Source: Alphaproteobacteria bacterium (GTDB taxonomy: Bacteria; Pseudomonadota; Alphaproteobacteria; Rickettsiales; SXRF01). Taken from it: a stretch of DNA of 64,000 nt. Where the stretch lies: the NCBI GenBank assembly GCA_039808985.1, contig JBDHUC010000001.1:76038-140037 (forward strand), in the 5' to 3' direction. A program made the position numbers and the translations under genes. Below the pieces are notes generated by a model. That model did not search any database. It was given only the letters and a program-made list of their open reading frames with translations, and was not told the origin of the DNA. Position 1 is the stretch's first letter, and each line of letters opens with the position of its first letter. Below are positions 41,687 to 51,685 of the stretch, piece by piece.

Positions 41687-42274
41687 TTATGCTGCTTTCC
41701 CGGAAGGATCAACCCATGAAATATTGCCATCTACTCGCCTGTAAACAACATTGAGGCGTCCATGCGCGGAGTTAAAAAACATCACAGCCGGAAGATCCTC
41801 AAGATCCATTTTCATAACCGCTTCACTTACCGTCATCCTTACAATGTCAGTTGGTTTTTCAGCAATTATTATTCCCGTCTGCTTGTCGTCTTCCTGTTCA
41901 CCAGATTCCGGGGAAATTATATATTTTGTTCCATTATTGGCGCTTGCCATAGCCTGCTGTTCATGGGTATTTTTATGATGGTTGGTGATTTTGCGCTTAT
42001 AACGGCGGAGTTGCTTGCTTATTTTTTCCAATGCTTCATCAAACGCCGCATAAACATCCTCGGAAGCGCCGCGACCGCGCACAACAAGCCCGGAATGGGT
42101 CCCCATATTACCAGTAATATCGACACGGAATAAATGCGCTTCACGGGATATTACAACGCTGACACTGGTCACGCGGTCTATATATTTTTTTACATGTTCT
42201 TCAATTTGGTTTTCAATATGTCCTTGCAATGTTGCGCCAACATCCACGCCTTTACCGGATACAGAAATTTGCAT
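41687..42274 (-). CDS. hpf: ribosome hibernation promoting factor (long HPF)
   Basis: KQLRRYK, NVVYRRVDGNISW. Confidence 0.92.
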   Translation of the reverse strand: MQISVSGKGVDVGATLQGHIENQIEEHVKKYIDRVTSVSVVISREAHLFRVDITGNMGTHSGLVVRGRGASEDVYAAFDEALEKISKQLRRYKRKITNHHKNTHEQQAMASANNGTKYIISPESGEQEDDKQTGIIIAEKPTDIVRMTVSEAVMKMDLEDLPAVMFFNSAHGRLNVVYRRVDGNISWVDPSGKAA

Positions 42275-42431
42275 ATAGATTCTCTTTTTATGGATAAATA
42301 ATATTGTAGAATATACTATAAGGCTAATTATAGCACAAAATGCCGCAATGCAATAGAATTAAGAATATATTTATCGTAAAAAAGGCATAAAAAGCCTAAA
42401 TTACCAAGCGTCACAGCGGGATTAATATAAG

Positions 42432-43568
42432 CTACATACTTGTCTGGACTTTAGGTATTCTTACGCCAAGGGCTTTGGAAAGCCTGTCCAGTTCTCCGTA
42501 ATATGCGACACGGCGCAGGCAGCGCGGCATCACGCCAGTCCATTTAAAAATACCGTCTGTTGATAACGCAACACCAACATTATTTCCTTCTTTGGAACAG
42601 TTGAAAAGTTCGTTCATGGTTATCATATCGCCTTCCATACCGGCGATTTCGGAAATGAAGGAAATACGGCGGCTACCATTGCCCTGACGGCTTACCTGGA
42701 TGATAAGGTGGATAGCTGATGCAACCTGTGTCCGTACCGAGCGCAGCGATGCATTCACGTTGGCCATACTAACGATATTATCAAGGCGCATAAGCGCATC
42801 GCGGGGGTGGTTGGCGTGGATGGTGGCCAACGAACCTTCATGGCCGGTATTCATCGCCTGTAACATGTCGAAAGCTTCTGCGCCGCGCACCTCGCCAAGG
42901 ATGATACGATCAGGGCGCATACGCAGGGCGTTTTTAACCAGGTCGCGGATAGTCACTTCTTCTTTTGGGTTTTCACCAAGTATCGCAGGTTGTGATTCAA
43001 GGCGAACCACATGCGCTTTTTGTAATTGCAATTCTGCCGCATCCTCGATTGTAACCACACGTTCCCATTCATTGATATGATTAGAAATAGCGTTGAGCAA
43101 TGTGGTTTTACCCGAACCAGTACCGCCGGAAATCAAAATATTCATACGGCAGATAGCAGCAAGTTTCAAAAACTCGCACATTGCTTCCGACATACAGCCC
43201 TGATTCACCATATCATTCAGCGAGCGTTTTTTCGGGGCGAATTTACGTATTGAGATGGTAGTACCATCAACGGCAAGGGGCGGGGCTATTATATTAACAC
43301 GGCTGCCATCAGCAAGGCGCGCATCAACCATTGGCCGCGATTCCTCAAGCGTCCTGCCTACAAGCTTTACAATGTAATGTGCAAGCTCAAGAACTTCTTT
43401 TTCGCTCTCAAAAACCACGTCGGTTTTTTTAAGCACACCTTCGCGCTCTATATATATATCGTTGTAACCATTGATAAGAATATCGTTTATCGTATGGTCG
43501 GCGAGGAGAGGGGCAATAACCCCGAACTTACTGTAATCGCGCAATGCAGGCGGCGTCTCAATTATCAT
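42432..43568 (-). CDS. cpaF: CpaF/TadA family pilus ATPase
   Basis: VDARLADGSRVN, GGTGSGKTT, LRMRPDRI, AMNTGH. Confidence 0.88.
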   Translation of the reverse strand: MIIETPPALRDYSKFGVIAPLLADHTINDILINGYNDIYIEREGVLKKTDVVFESEKEVLELAHYIVKLVGRTLEESRPMVDARLADGSRVNIIAPPLAVDGTTISIRKFAPKKRSLNDMVNQGCMSEAMCEFLKLAAICRMNILISGGTGSGKTTLLNAISNHINEWERVVTIEDAAELQLQKAHVVRLESQPAILGENPKEEVTIRDLVKNALRMRPDRIILGEVRGAEAFDMLQAMNTGHEGSLATIHANHPRDALMRLDNIVSMANVNASLRSVRTQVASAIHLIIQVSRQGNGSRRISFISEIAGMEGDMITMNELFNCSKEGNNVGVALSTDGIFKWTGVMPRCLRRVAYYGELDRLSKALGVRIPKVQTSM

Positions 43569-43679
43569 AATCTTCCAATATTTAGTTATTTTACTTCACA
43601 TTGCCGACTATAATACAGATATATTAATTTTTTATTTAGTTTATGCAGGGTTCTATAAAGAAAACCCGGGAATACTTTA

Positions 43680-43695
43680 TTAACAACGGATTAAC
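43680..43695 (+). promoter_or_regulatory. CtrA consensus site upstream of cpaF
   Basis: exact TTAA-caacgga-TTAAC. Confidence 0.6.
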
Positions 43696-43696
43696 A

Positions 43697-44368
43697 TTAT
43701 CTGCATTTATTACCATCTCCTAGTTTTATTGGAAAGTTATCACCATTTGTCAGCATACCCATTATTTCCTTTCTCGCTGCTCTTACCTCTTGCTCCCCAG
43801 AAGGACCTAACACATGCTGTTTAAATCTATATGACTGGTGTTCTTCAACACGTTTTAGCATAGTTATCAATTGAGATGGTTTAAGCTCAGGAAACTTATT
43901 AGCATCTATTTTGAAGCTGTGATTATTAGTAGTGCTTTGCGGCAATTCAACAATTGGATTAATATATCCCTCCGATAATGAATCATGTTTAAAAAAACTT
44001 TTAATATTTTCAACTATAGCTTCAGGTTTCTTACTATTTTCTACAGCAAACTCTATAACAGGTTTTTCACCATTACTACCTTCAAAAAAAATTAATCTGC
44101 CTGATATAGAGGCTTTAAAACCGCTGGATAGAACAGATATTACTTTGCTAATGTTATCAATAGACTCTCTAGTTTTTTCAAGTTTTCTTATTTGCTGTAT
44201 ATCAGCACTGGATTGTTTGCTTGAAATTATAATTTTATTACGCCCTTCTTCATTAATCCCTGCTCTTTGTGCATAATGCTTGGGTTCTATTGATAGGGAG
44301 CCTTCAGGGATTTTAATTTCTAATCGAGAGGTTTTTGGAGAACCCATATTTTTATTAAACTCAGACAT
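43697..44368 (-). CDS. hypothetical protein (AT-rich)
   Basis: 223-aa ORF, no recognised motif. Confidence 0.65.
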   Translation of the reverse strand: MSEFNKNMGSPKTSRLEIKIPEGSLSIEPKHYAQRAGINEEGRNKIIISSKQSSADIQQIRKLEKTRESIDNISKVISVLSSGFKASISGRLIFFEGSNGEKPVIEFAVENSKKPEAIVENIKSFFKHDSLSEGYINPIVELPQSTTNNHSFKIDANKFPELKPSQLITMLKRVEEHQSYRFKQHVLGPSGEQEVRAARKEIMGMLTNGDNFPIKLGDGNKCR

Positions 44369-44529
44369 AACATTACCCTTCAGTAATTAATCTTAATTAT
44401 CCTTTTATACAGCATATTAAAGAATATAATTATTACAATTATGTGAAATTGCAATAATTTGACCGCAGTCAATGTTTTTTGGTGTAAAATAGCTATATTA
44501 CGGCCCGTAACCACATTACGGGGTCTTTT

Positions 44530-44778
44530 ATGAAAGCAGAAAAACATCATAACGAGGCGAAGTCATCCCCAAAGGCGGCGCCTTTTTATAAGCATAATAT
44601 TAATTCTGCAGAATATCCTCATTTAAAGCTGGTCAGGGCATCGGCAATGGCAATTAAGAAACTGCCGGTTTCTGTCGAGCATATAATAGGCGAGGACGTT
44701 GAACATTTCAGAAACCTTGAAGATTTCCTGTCTTATGATGGTGACGATGATGAAATGATAGAGCTTTTAACCCACTAA
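44530..44778 (+). CDS. small hypothetical protein
   Basis: 82-aa ORF followed by a terminator. Confidence 0.55.
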   Translation: MKAEKHHNEAKSSPKAAPFYKHNINSAEYPHLKLVRASAMAIKKLPVSVEHIIGEDVEHFRNLEDFLSYDGDDDEMIELLTH

Positions 44779-44826
44779 GGAGGCAGATAACCTGTGACTA
44801 TGTAATCTTGCAGTTTTTATATTCAC

Positions 44827-44860
44827 CGCCCGGCGTTATCCCCTCGCCGGGCGTTTTTTT
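44827..44860 (+). terminator. intrinsic terminator
   Basis: cgcccggcg/cgccgggcg + T7. Confidence 0.85.
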
Positions 44861-44999
44861 ATTTGATATAGGATTTAGCAGCTTTTGGCTTGCTTCAGGC
44901 GCAAATAATGATATTAATATGCGGTATACTGATCCATATGAAATCGACCATTCATATATACGTTCAACGAATCAATAATAAACTCTGGAAAGAACAACT

Positions 45000-45254
45000 A
45001 TGGCAAGCCAGTCATCAAGCAAATACGTAATATCGGCGCTTATAATTATTATTGCAGGCTTCGTTGCCTATACCGTGCTTAATGCTCCTGACAAAAGGAA
45101 CGCGGCTGAGAGGCTTGGAGATGCAGTAAAGGAATTACCAAACGGTGTTGATAAGGCTGCAGACCAGTTGAAAGACCGTTCTACAGCAGAAAAACTTGGT
45201 GATGCTGTAGATAATATCGGCGCAAAAGTAAGAAAAGTCACCAACGGCGAATAA
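45000..45254 (+). CDS. small membrane-anchored protein
   Basis: N-terminal TM; two AE(R/K)LGDAV repeats. Confidence 0.7.
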   Translation: MASQSSSKYVISALIIIIAGFVAYTVLNAPDKRNAAERLGDAVKELPNGVDKAADQLKDRSTAEKLGDAVDNIGAKVRKVTNGE

Positions 45255-45294
45255 ACCAGGCAAATAAATTATTAGAAATTGACAGGTAATTTAG

Positions 45295-45324
45295 ATGCGC
45301 CGGGCAAAAATCCGGCGCATTTTT
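45295..45324 (+). terminator. intrinsic terminator
   Basis: atgcgccgg/ccggcgcat + T-run. Confidence 0.75.
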
Positions 45325-45461
45325 ATTATAACCAGCAACGATACTTATAACTTCCTTATTTTGCTGGGTTCTAGGCCGCATCGTATCTTTGCATGGCATA
45401 TGACATTAATTAATTACAATCTATTGACTAAAGATGCTATTTTAACCAACTATGAAGGAGT

Positions 45462-45713
45462 ATGTTTATGTTTACCGCTACTAAAGAAGATACAGTTGCT
45501 AATTTAAAATCAGCCAGTCGGGATTTAGGCTGCGACCTGAATAAAGCAGCGAATCAGGCAGGGCGCAAGATGCGTAGCCTGTATAACAGCGCTGCCGATG
45601 AAATCGGCCATGTAAGCGATACTGTAACCAGCGAAATACGCAGCAACCCAGTACGTTCAAGCGCATTTGCCCTGGGAGCAGGAATACTTATCGGGATGCT
45701 TATACGCCGCTAA
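45462..45713 (+). CDS. DUF883 / ElaB-YqjD family protein
   Basis: C-terminal NPVRS..FALGAGILIGMLIRR. Confidence 0.85.
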   Translation: MFMFTATKEDTVANLKSASRDLGCDLNKAANQAGRKMRSLYNSAADEIGHVSDTVTSEIRSNPVRSSAFALGAGILIGMLIRR

Positions 45714-45872
45714 ATAATCAATAACCGTGGATAAAATATCGCTTTTATCCACGGTTATTTTTTTATCAAGAATGATGCTACGAATAAGAAATATAATCTA
45801 TGAAAAAATTACTTTTATTATTAAATATTGGGCAAGGAGTATATACTTGCTGTGCGTTGACGTATACCATTC

Positions 45873-46304
45873 CTATCTCCTCGGCACATATTTAAAGGGC
45901 TGTTCGTCCAAACCAGAAATCACCAGAACATCATATTTAAAAACTGGCAAATGGGTAAGACCATTCTGCCCATAGGCTATAATCGCTTCTTTCATTAATT
46001 GCTTTAATTCCTGCTCCTGCCCGCGCAATTCAGGCGGGATATTAAGGTGTTTAATCGACCAGTATACTCTGTTTATCCCTTCATGGTTTTTTCCTCCAGA
46101 TATCGGAGATCTAAATGTAACCATGTATCCTTTCCAACGGAATTCACAGCGATAATCAGGACTTTCATTGCGCCCACCCCCCCCTCTATTCACTAATATA
46201 GCATCGCGCTCTTCATCTACAGCGCAGCGTCCTGAACCTAGAAATTCTCCTATACGAAACTCTTCGTATTCTGCTTCAGTTAGATTTCTTACTACAAATG
46301 CCAT
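45873..46304 (-). CDS. hypothetical protein (immunity-protein-like)
   Basis: 143-aa ORF with aagga RBS; paralogous 3' fragment at 46499. Confidence 0.7.
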   Translation of the reverse strand: MAFVVRNLTEAEYEEFRIGEFLGSGRCAVDEERDAILVNRGGGGRNESPDYRCEFRWKGYMVTFRSPISGGKNHEGINRVYWSIKHLNIPPELRGQEQELKQLMKEAIIAYGQNGLTHLPVFKYDVLVISGLDEQPFKYVPRR

Positions 46305-46498
46305 GTTTTTATTATTCCTTAAAATTACCTTAATAATCAGTTGATAATAGATAAAACATCTAAGTCGTCAATAAATAGTTAACCATTTAACTTAATTACC
46401 TTATGTATCTGTAATAGCACAAAAAATCTACATCACCTCAACATCAGGAGCACTATTTAGGGCATCCCAAACCTGCTATGCATTAATGTATGTCATGC

Positions 46499-46597
46499 CT
46501 ATCTCTCCGGCACATATTTAAAGGACTGCTCTTCCAAACCAGAAATCACCAGAATATCATATTTGAATTCAGGAATGTGATTAAGACCATTCTCCCC
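46499..46597 (-). pseudogene. 3' remnant of a paralog of 45873..46304
   Basis: GENGLNHIPEFKYDILVISGLEEQSFKYVPER*; 24/32 aa and 83/99 nt identical by manual alignment. Confidence 0.8.
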
Positions 46598-46606
46598 AGC
46601 AGATGG

Positions 46607-46912
46607 ATGCTGTATCGACTGCTGTCTGGTGTTGCCATTATATTAGGCCTGACAATAATTATTGCGATATTAATAAGCGCTGTCCTTATAGCCGCACTGT
46701 TTGTATTCTATCATAGCGCATTGGTATATGGCCTGGACCCTCAGGCTTCAATCATACTTACATTCCTGCTGGCCTTGATATTTATTTTATCCTTAATAAT
46801 ATGCATAAACATGTGCCTAAAAAAATTCCGCAGGTTTTCAAAATCAACTGGAAAATCTTCACCCATTGCTTCAATGTTTGATTCATTTATCGCTGGTTTC
46901 ATGGAGAAATAG
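46607..46912 (+). CDS. two-TM membrane protein (YqjE/holin-like), possibly 5'-truncated
   Basis: two long hydrophobic helices; DUF883/DUF1328 context. Confidence 0.55.
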   Translation: MLYRLLSGVAIILGLTIIIAILISAVLIAALFVFYHSALVYGLDPQASIILTFLLALIFILSLIICINMCLKKFRRFSKSTGKSSPIASMFDSFIAGFMEK

Positions 46913-46934
46913 ATTTTAAAAACTAAAGAAAAAA

Positions 46935-46957
46935 GAAGGGGGCTTTAAGCCCCCTTC
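46935..46957. terminator. terminator hairpin between convergent genes
   Basis: gaagggggctt/aagcccccttc with A-run on the left. Confidence 0.8.
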
Positions 46958-46977
46958 AATATTGTAGTTTGTTTGGT

Positions 46978-47160
46978 TTATAGCGGCGGATTTGTCCTGC
47001 GCCCTGTTATCACACTGTAAATCAGGGTAGCAACGAATAATATGACAAAAATACCAGCCAGGAACTTTGCGATACCGGCAAAATCAGCAGCAAGGCCACC
47101 AAAACCGAGCAGTGCAGCAAGCACCGCAAGGAAGAAAAATGTTATGATATAATTTAGCAT
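46978..47160 (-). CDS. DUF1328 family membrane protein
   Basis: AALLGFGGLA...IAKFL; aggagg RBS. Confidence 0.88.
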   Translation of the reverse strand: MLNYIITFFFLAVLAALLGFGGLAADFAGIAKFLAGIFVILFVATLIYSVITGRRTNPPL

Positions 47161-47182
47161 AAGACCTCCTGTTTAAGTTAGG

Positions 47183-47599
47183 TTATTTCCAGACGAAGTG
47201 AATAATTGCAGGCTTGTTTCCCGATACATTGATCTTCTGTTTTTTTACCTGGTCCTTACTTGAGCCCTGAACCAGATAACGGCCTTTTGGCAGGCTTGCA
47301 TAGAATAGTGGACCGCCATTGACATCGAGCAATTCATTGCCATTTTCATCGCTGATTAATATGTTGCGCGTCCCATCGAAATGCCCAGTGCTATCAGAAT
47401 TCATGATCTGCAGGTTGTAATCGCTACGCTCAGACTCCATAGCTTTGGTTTCTTCAACGCCAATCCCGCCTGTAATATAAGAAATATCACCCAGGATATG
47501 CACATCAGGGAGGTAATTTCCAGCCTGCACTAATGGGGAATAAAGCATTGTGGACAATGCAATGGATAGCACAGCAAATTTATTTTTAAACAAAACCAT
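47183..47599 (-). CDS. secreted protein, carboxypeptidase-regulatory-like fold
   Basis: signal peptide, YITGGIG, GPLFYASLPKGRY. Confidence 0.7.
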   Translation of the reverse strand: MVLFKNKFAVLSIALSTMLYSPLVQAGNYLPDVHILGDISYITGGIGVEETKAMESERSDYNLQIMNSDSTGHFDGTRNILISDENGNELLDVNGGPLFYASLPKGRYLVQGSSKDQVKKQKINVSGNKPAIIHFVWK

Positions 47600-47610
47600 A
47601 AAAACCTCCA

Positions 47611-47853
47611 TTATTTCCAAGCTGGTTTACCTAAGTTAATATCACTAGACTTTGTTAAGCCTCCGGCTGCGGCGCCAACTGCTCCGCCAATTACTGCCCC
47701 GCTTACCGGATCGCCACCTATGGCGCCAGCCACAGCCCCTGCACCAGCGCCAATTCCGGCACCGCTTAGTGCGCGCTCACCAGGCTGCTGGCCACATGCG
47801 ACAAGCATTGATACTGATGCTATTGCCACTAATGTGCTTTTAAGTTCTAACAT
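47611..47853 (-). CDS. glycine-zipper lipoprotein
   Basis: LVAC lipobox, GxxxG zipper, INLGKPAW end. Confidence 0.85.
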   Translation of the reverse strand: MLELKSTLVAIASVSMLVACGQQPGERALSGAGIGAGAGAVAGAIGGDPVSGAVIGGAVGAAAGGLTKSSDINLGKPAWK

Positions 47854-48005
47854 ATAGATTCTCCTAAAATTATTATTCTTAAAATCATTACTTTATTGCC
47901 CATGTTCCAAGGCAACATATTTAACTATTTTAATTTAAACAATGGGTTGTAAAATTGCCGCAGGAGAGTACGCGGCAAGATATAAAGGAAGTATAAGGCC
48001 TTAAG

Positions 48006-48785
48006 TTACCCGGCCTGCACAGCAAGCATCGAAATAGATCCTCCATCAACACCTTCAACCGGGAATTGGATTTTTTTATCTCCCTGTGCGGCTCCCAATA
48101 CGTAAAGCAACGGCAGGTAATGCTCAGGTGTTGGGATTGACAGCATGGCGTCCTTTCCCATTTGTTCATAATTTATCAGGGAATCATGCTCACCTGCCAG
48201 CAGCATCTTCCTCGCTGCCTGCTCAAATCTGGCTGCCCATTCATAAGGCTCAGCCATATATTTTCCCCATGAGTAGGCATGCAGGTTATGCACCAGGTTT
48301 CCGCTTCCTATAATCAGTATTTTCTCATCTCTTAACGGCGCAAGTTTCTGCCCTAATTCATAATGAAATAATGGGGGCTCCGATTTATTGATGCTAAGCT
48401 GGACCACTGGAACATCAGCATCAGGATAAACATGTGTCAAAACAGACCATGTGCCATGATCCAGTCCCCAGCTATCATCAGGCTTTACTGCAAAAGGCTT
48501 CAGAAGTTCCTGTACACGGCTGGCAAGGGCAGGGGAGCCGGGAGCGCCGTATTGAACCTGGTATAGTTCTGGCGGGAAGCCGCCAAAATCATGAATGGTA
48601 CGCGGGGCAGGTGATGAGGTAACATTGGTTTCAGCGATATACCAATGCGCGGAGATGGCAAGTATGGCAACCGGCTTTGGCACATCATACCCAATTTTTT
48701 GCCAGCTTTTCGTGTATACATTGCTACTCAAGGCATTCATTGGGTTGCCATGGCCGAAAAAAATAACAGGCATCCTGCCGGTCAT
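48006..48785 (-). CDS. ygiD: 4,5-DOPA dioxygenase, extradiol
   Basis: GHGNPMNA, ISAHW, GLDHGTW, SGNLVHNL, PEHYLPL. Confidence 0.92.
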   Translation of the reverse strand: MTGRMPVIFFGHGNPMNALSSNVYTKSWQKIGYDVPKPVAILAISAHWYIAETNVTSSPAPRTIHDFGGFPPELYQVQYGAPGSPALASRVQELLKPFAVKPDDSWGLDHGTWSVLTHVYPDADVPVVQLSINKSEPPLFHYELGQKLAPLRDEKILIIGSGNLVHNLHAYSWGKYMAEPYEWAARFEQAARKMLLAGEHDSLINYEQMGKDAMLSIPTPEHYLPLLYVLGAAQGDKKIQFPVEGVDGGSISMLAVQAG

Positions 48786-48799
48786 TGACGCGCCTGCTT

Positions 48800-49372
48800 C
48801 TAAGCTGCCCTGGCCGCAGTATTAGCGGTATGTTGCGCTACCCATGCACTAAAGCCATCAACAAATTTCTGCAGGAATTTCTGTGTGTTTTCGTTGGCGA
48901 TATTGCCATCGCTGTCAATAAGCGAATCGGTGAAATGCAGGTATAGCTCCGGCTGCCCCATTAGAACCGTATCCAGATGACTAAGGGTGGATTTTAGTAT
49001 GGCCTGTGAGCAGGCCGTCCCTATAGCACCAAGGGATGCCCCACAAACAGCCACTGGTTTTTTAGCAAATGAATTATTGCCATAAGGGCGGCTACACCAA
49101 TCTATTGCATTTTTCAGCGGCCCGGGTACAGAACGGTTATATTCAGGCGTAACCACTAAAACGGCATCTGCCTCCGAAATACCATTCTTCATAATTGTAA
49201 CCGCTTCAGGAAAATTAGCTTCCATATCCTGATTAAAGAGAGGCAGGTCGATTGACAGGAATTTTGTTTCAAATTTATCCTGACCTAGCTTTGCAATAGC
49301 CTTGCCAAGCTTAAGATTTATTGAATCCCTGCGCAGGCTACCTACTATAATTGCTACTTTAAATTTTGCCAT
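48800..49372 (-). CDS. NADPH-dependent FMN reductase (ChrR/YieF-like)
   Basis: GSLRRDS, TPEYNRSVPGPLKNAIDW. Confidence 0.92.
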   Translation of the reverse strand: MAKFKVAIIVGSLRRDSINLKLGKAIAKLGQDKFETKFLSIDLPLFNQDMEANFPEAVTIMKNGISEADAVLVVTPEYNRSVPGPLKNAIDWCSRPYGNNSFAKKPVAVCGASLGAIGTACSQAILKSTLSHLDTVLMGQPELYLHFTDSLIDSDGNIANENTQKFLQKFVDGFSAWVAQHTANTAARAA

Positions 49373-49433
49373 ATATTAACTCCTGTCCTAGCCTGTAATT
49401 TTATAGGGAAGCTAGCATCTTATATACAAATCA

Positions 49434-49589
49434 TCAATTAGAAGTTTTTGATATTTTTGTATTAAAAAAATTCTCTACATTTGCAGTTTCCTCCTTTATT
49501 GCCGCCAGCCTTTCCAGCTTTTTATGCTCAACATCTTCAAAATGCGTTTCAGCACGTTTGCAAAGATGGTGCAGCTTCATTGCCCCTAG
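49434..49589 (-). pseudogene. possible 3' remnant of an HPt-domain gene
   Basis: LGAMKLHHLCKRAE resembles HPt LGAxxLxxxCxxxE; begins at a repeat element end. Confidence 0.45.
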
Positions 49590-49750
49590 CATTTTCCATT
49601 TAATCGTGCGCGTTGTTATCCTTCGCCTCATGTACTAACAAAATCCGCATGCGGGATTTTGTAATTTATAAAAAGCAAATCCCACATGTGGATTTGCTGT
49701 GTACACTTCGCCTCGGATTCCTAGCGCACAATTAAAGCGAAAACGCTCTA
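49587..49750. mobile_element. RPE-like palindromic MITE, copy 2 (164 bp)
   Basis: 7 substitutions and a 2-nt deletion relative to 15083..15248. Confidence 0.85.
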
Positions 49751-49770
49751 GGTTGTTTCTTTTGTTAGCG

Positions 49771-49802
49771 CAAGATTCTGCGCAATTGCTATGCGATTCG
49801 CA
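49771..49802. repeat. inverted copy of the hairpin at 27804-27835
   Basis: rc tgcgaatcgcatagcaattgcgcagaatct vs tgcgaattgcaatagcaattgcgcaggatct. Confidence 0.65.
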
Positions 49803-49859
49803 GGTTTAGTGGTTAGCAGTGTATGTAGTGCGAGATGACAAGAATGTACCGTTTAGTGA

Positions 49860-50108
<249 letters not shown>

Positions 50109-50112
<4 letters not shown>

Positions 50113-50193
50113 TGATTAGATTATTAGATGACAAGGTGATTAAAAAGTACTAAATATCTTAGCTATCTAATCATCAAATAATCTAATCATCTA
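50109..50193. repeat. 8-nt periodic inverted-repeat element
   Basis: tagatgat-tagattat-tagatgac ... atcatcaa-ataatcta-atcatcta; 17-bp perfect terminal IR. Confidence 0.85.
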
Positions 50194-50245
50194 AAATCCG
50201 AGTCACCTTCTTAACCTCCAACTTCAAACTGTCAACTAGAAAATT

Positions 50246-51121
50246 ATGTATAAAGGCATATATACCGCATTAATTACACCATTTACCGCTTCCGGCGCCG
50301 TAGACGAGAAAGCTTTTCAGGAATTTGTCGAATGGCAGATAGGGGAGGGCGTGCATGGTCTTGTACCATGCGGGACCACCGGGGAATCCCCAACTTTAAC
50401 CCATGAGGAGCATAACCGGGTTATAAAGCTCTGTGTTGAAGCTGCGGCAGGCAGGGTTCCGGTAATGGCAGGCACCGGCTCTAATTCCACGGAAGAGGCA
50501 ATAATGACTACGCGTTATGCCAGGGAAGCAGGGGCTGACTGCGCTCTTATAGTTACTCCTTATTACAACAAACCTACCCAGGAAGGCCTATACCAGCATT
50601 TTAAAGCCATCAATGACGCGGTGGATATACCAATTATTTTATACAATGTTCCTGGCCGCAGCATTGTTGACCTGAAAGATGATACGATAGCCCGTCTTGC
50701 TGAATTACCTAACATTGTCGGGCTTAAAGATGCAACAGGCGACCTGGCACGCCCATATACACTGCGCAATAAGCTAAAAAGTGAATTCCAGCTCTTATCC
50801 GGAGAGGATATGACGGCAGTTGCCTTCAATGCTTCCGGTGGGCAGGGATGTATTTCCGTCGCCTCTAACATAATGCCAAAAGCATGCGCGCAAATTCAGG
50901 AAGCATGCCTGAAAAAAGATTATGTCAGTGCGCTGACTTTGCAGGACAGATTGGTTGCGTTAAACTCTATTTTATTTTGTGAAACGAGTCCTGGTCCTGT
51001 CAAATATGCAGCATCATTAATGGGCAAATGTTTACCCAACCTGCGCCTGCCCTTGGTTGATGTTTCTGATAGCGCGAAAAAAGAAATTAAAAATATATTA
51101 AGCAATTTAGACTTGCTATAA
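50246..51121 (+). CDS. dapA: 4-hydroxy-tetrahydrodipicolinate synthase
   Basis: GTTGES, PYYNKP, YNVPGR, GLKDA. Confidence 0.96.
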   Translation: MYKGIYTALITPFTASGAVDEKAFQEFVEWQIGEGVHGLVPCGTTGESPTLTHEEHNRVIKLCVEAAAGRVPVMAGTGSNSTEEAIMTTRYAREAGADCALIVTPYYNKPTQEGLYQHFKAINDAVDIPIILYNVPGRSIVDLKDDTIARLAELPNIVGLKDATGDLARPYTLRNKLKSEFQLLSGEDMTAVAFNASGGQGCISVASNIMPKACAQIQEACLKKDYVSALTLQDRLVALNSILFCETSPGPVKYAASLMGKCLPNLRLPLVDVSDSAKKEIKNILSNLDLL

Positions 51122-51164
51122 AACATTTTTTCATCTTTATTAGCAATCCGATTGGAATGATTCC

Positions 51165-51671
51165 ATGTCTGTAAAAAATAATACTGCTGGTAAAACTAAC
51201 AGTGCAAAAAAAACTGGTAGCAGCAGTGTTGCACTAAACCGCAAGGCACGCTTTGAATATTCTGTAGAGGAAGAATTCGAAGCAGGCATAATGCTAACGG
51301 GAACTGAGGTTAAGTCGCTGCGTGCGAACAAGGTTCAGATAACCGATGCATATGCGGGAGAAAAGGAAGGCGAAATATGGCTGTTTAACGCCTATATCGC
51401 TGAGTATACTGGTGGGAATCGTTTTAACCACGAAACCCACCGCCCACGCAAGTTGCTGCTGCATAAAAAACAGATACGCAAATTGCTTGGAAGACTGAAA
51501 GTTAAAGGAGTGACGCTGGTGCCTATGTCGCTCTACTTTAATAGCCGCGGTCTGGCAAAAGTAAAACTGGCACTGGCAATGGGTAAAAAACAGTATGAAA
51601 AACGTGACACTATAAAACAGCGTGACTGGCAGCGTGACAAGGCCAGAATCATGCGAAACAAAAACGGGTAA
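51165..51671 (+). CDS. smpB: SsrA-binding protein
   Basis: [23 protein letters not shown]. Confidence 0.96.
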   Translation: MSVKNNTAGKTNSAKKTGSSSVALNRKARFEYSVEEEFEAGIMLTGTEVKSLRANKVQITDAYAGEKEGEIWLFNAYIAEYTGGNRFNHETHRPRKLLLHKKQIRKLLGRLKVKGVTLVPMSLYFNSRGLAKVKLALAMGKKQYEKRDTIKQRDWQRDKARIMRNKNG

Positions 51672-51685
51672 ATGGGTAAAAAATT

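Noticed and set aside
46319-46334. TTAA-N7-TTAA as a CtrA site
   Set aside because: Very AT-rich context, overlaps the RBS, likely chance
45873-46597. DGR template/variable repeat pair
   Set aside because: Only 7 of 16 mismatches are at adenines of the putative template, and no reverse transcriptase is in the window
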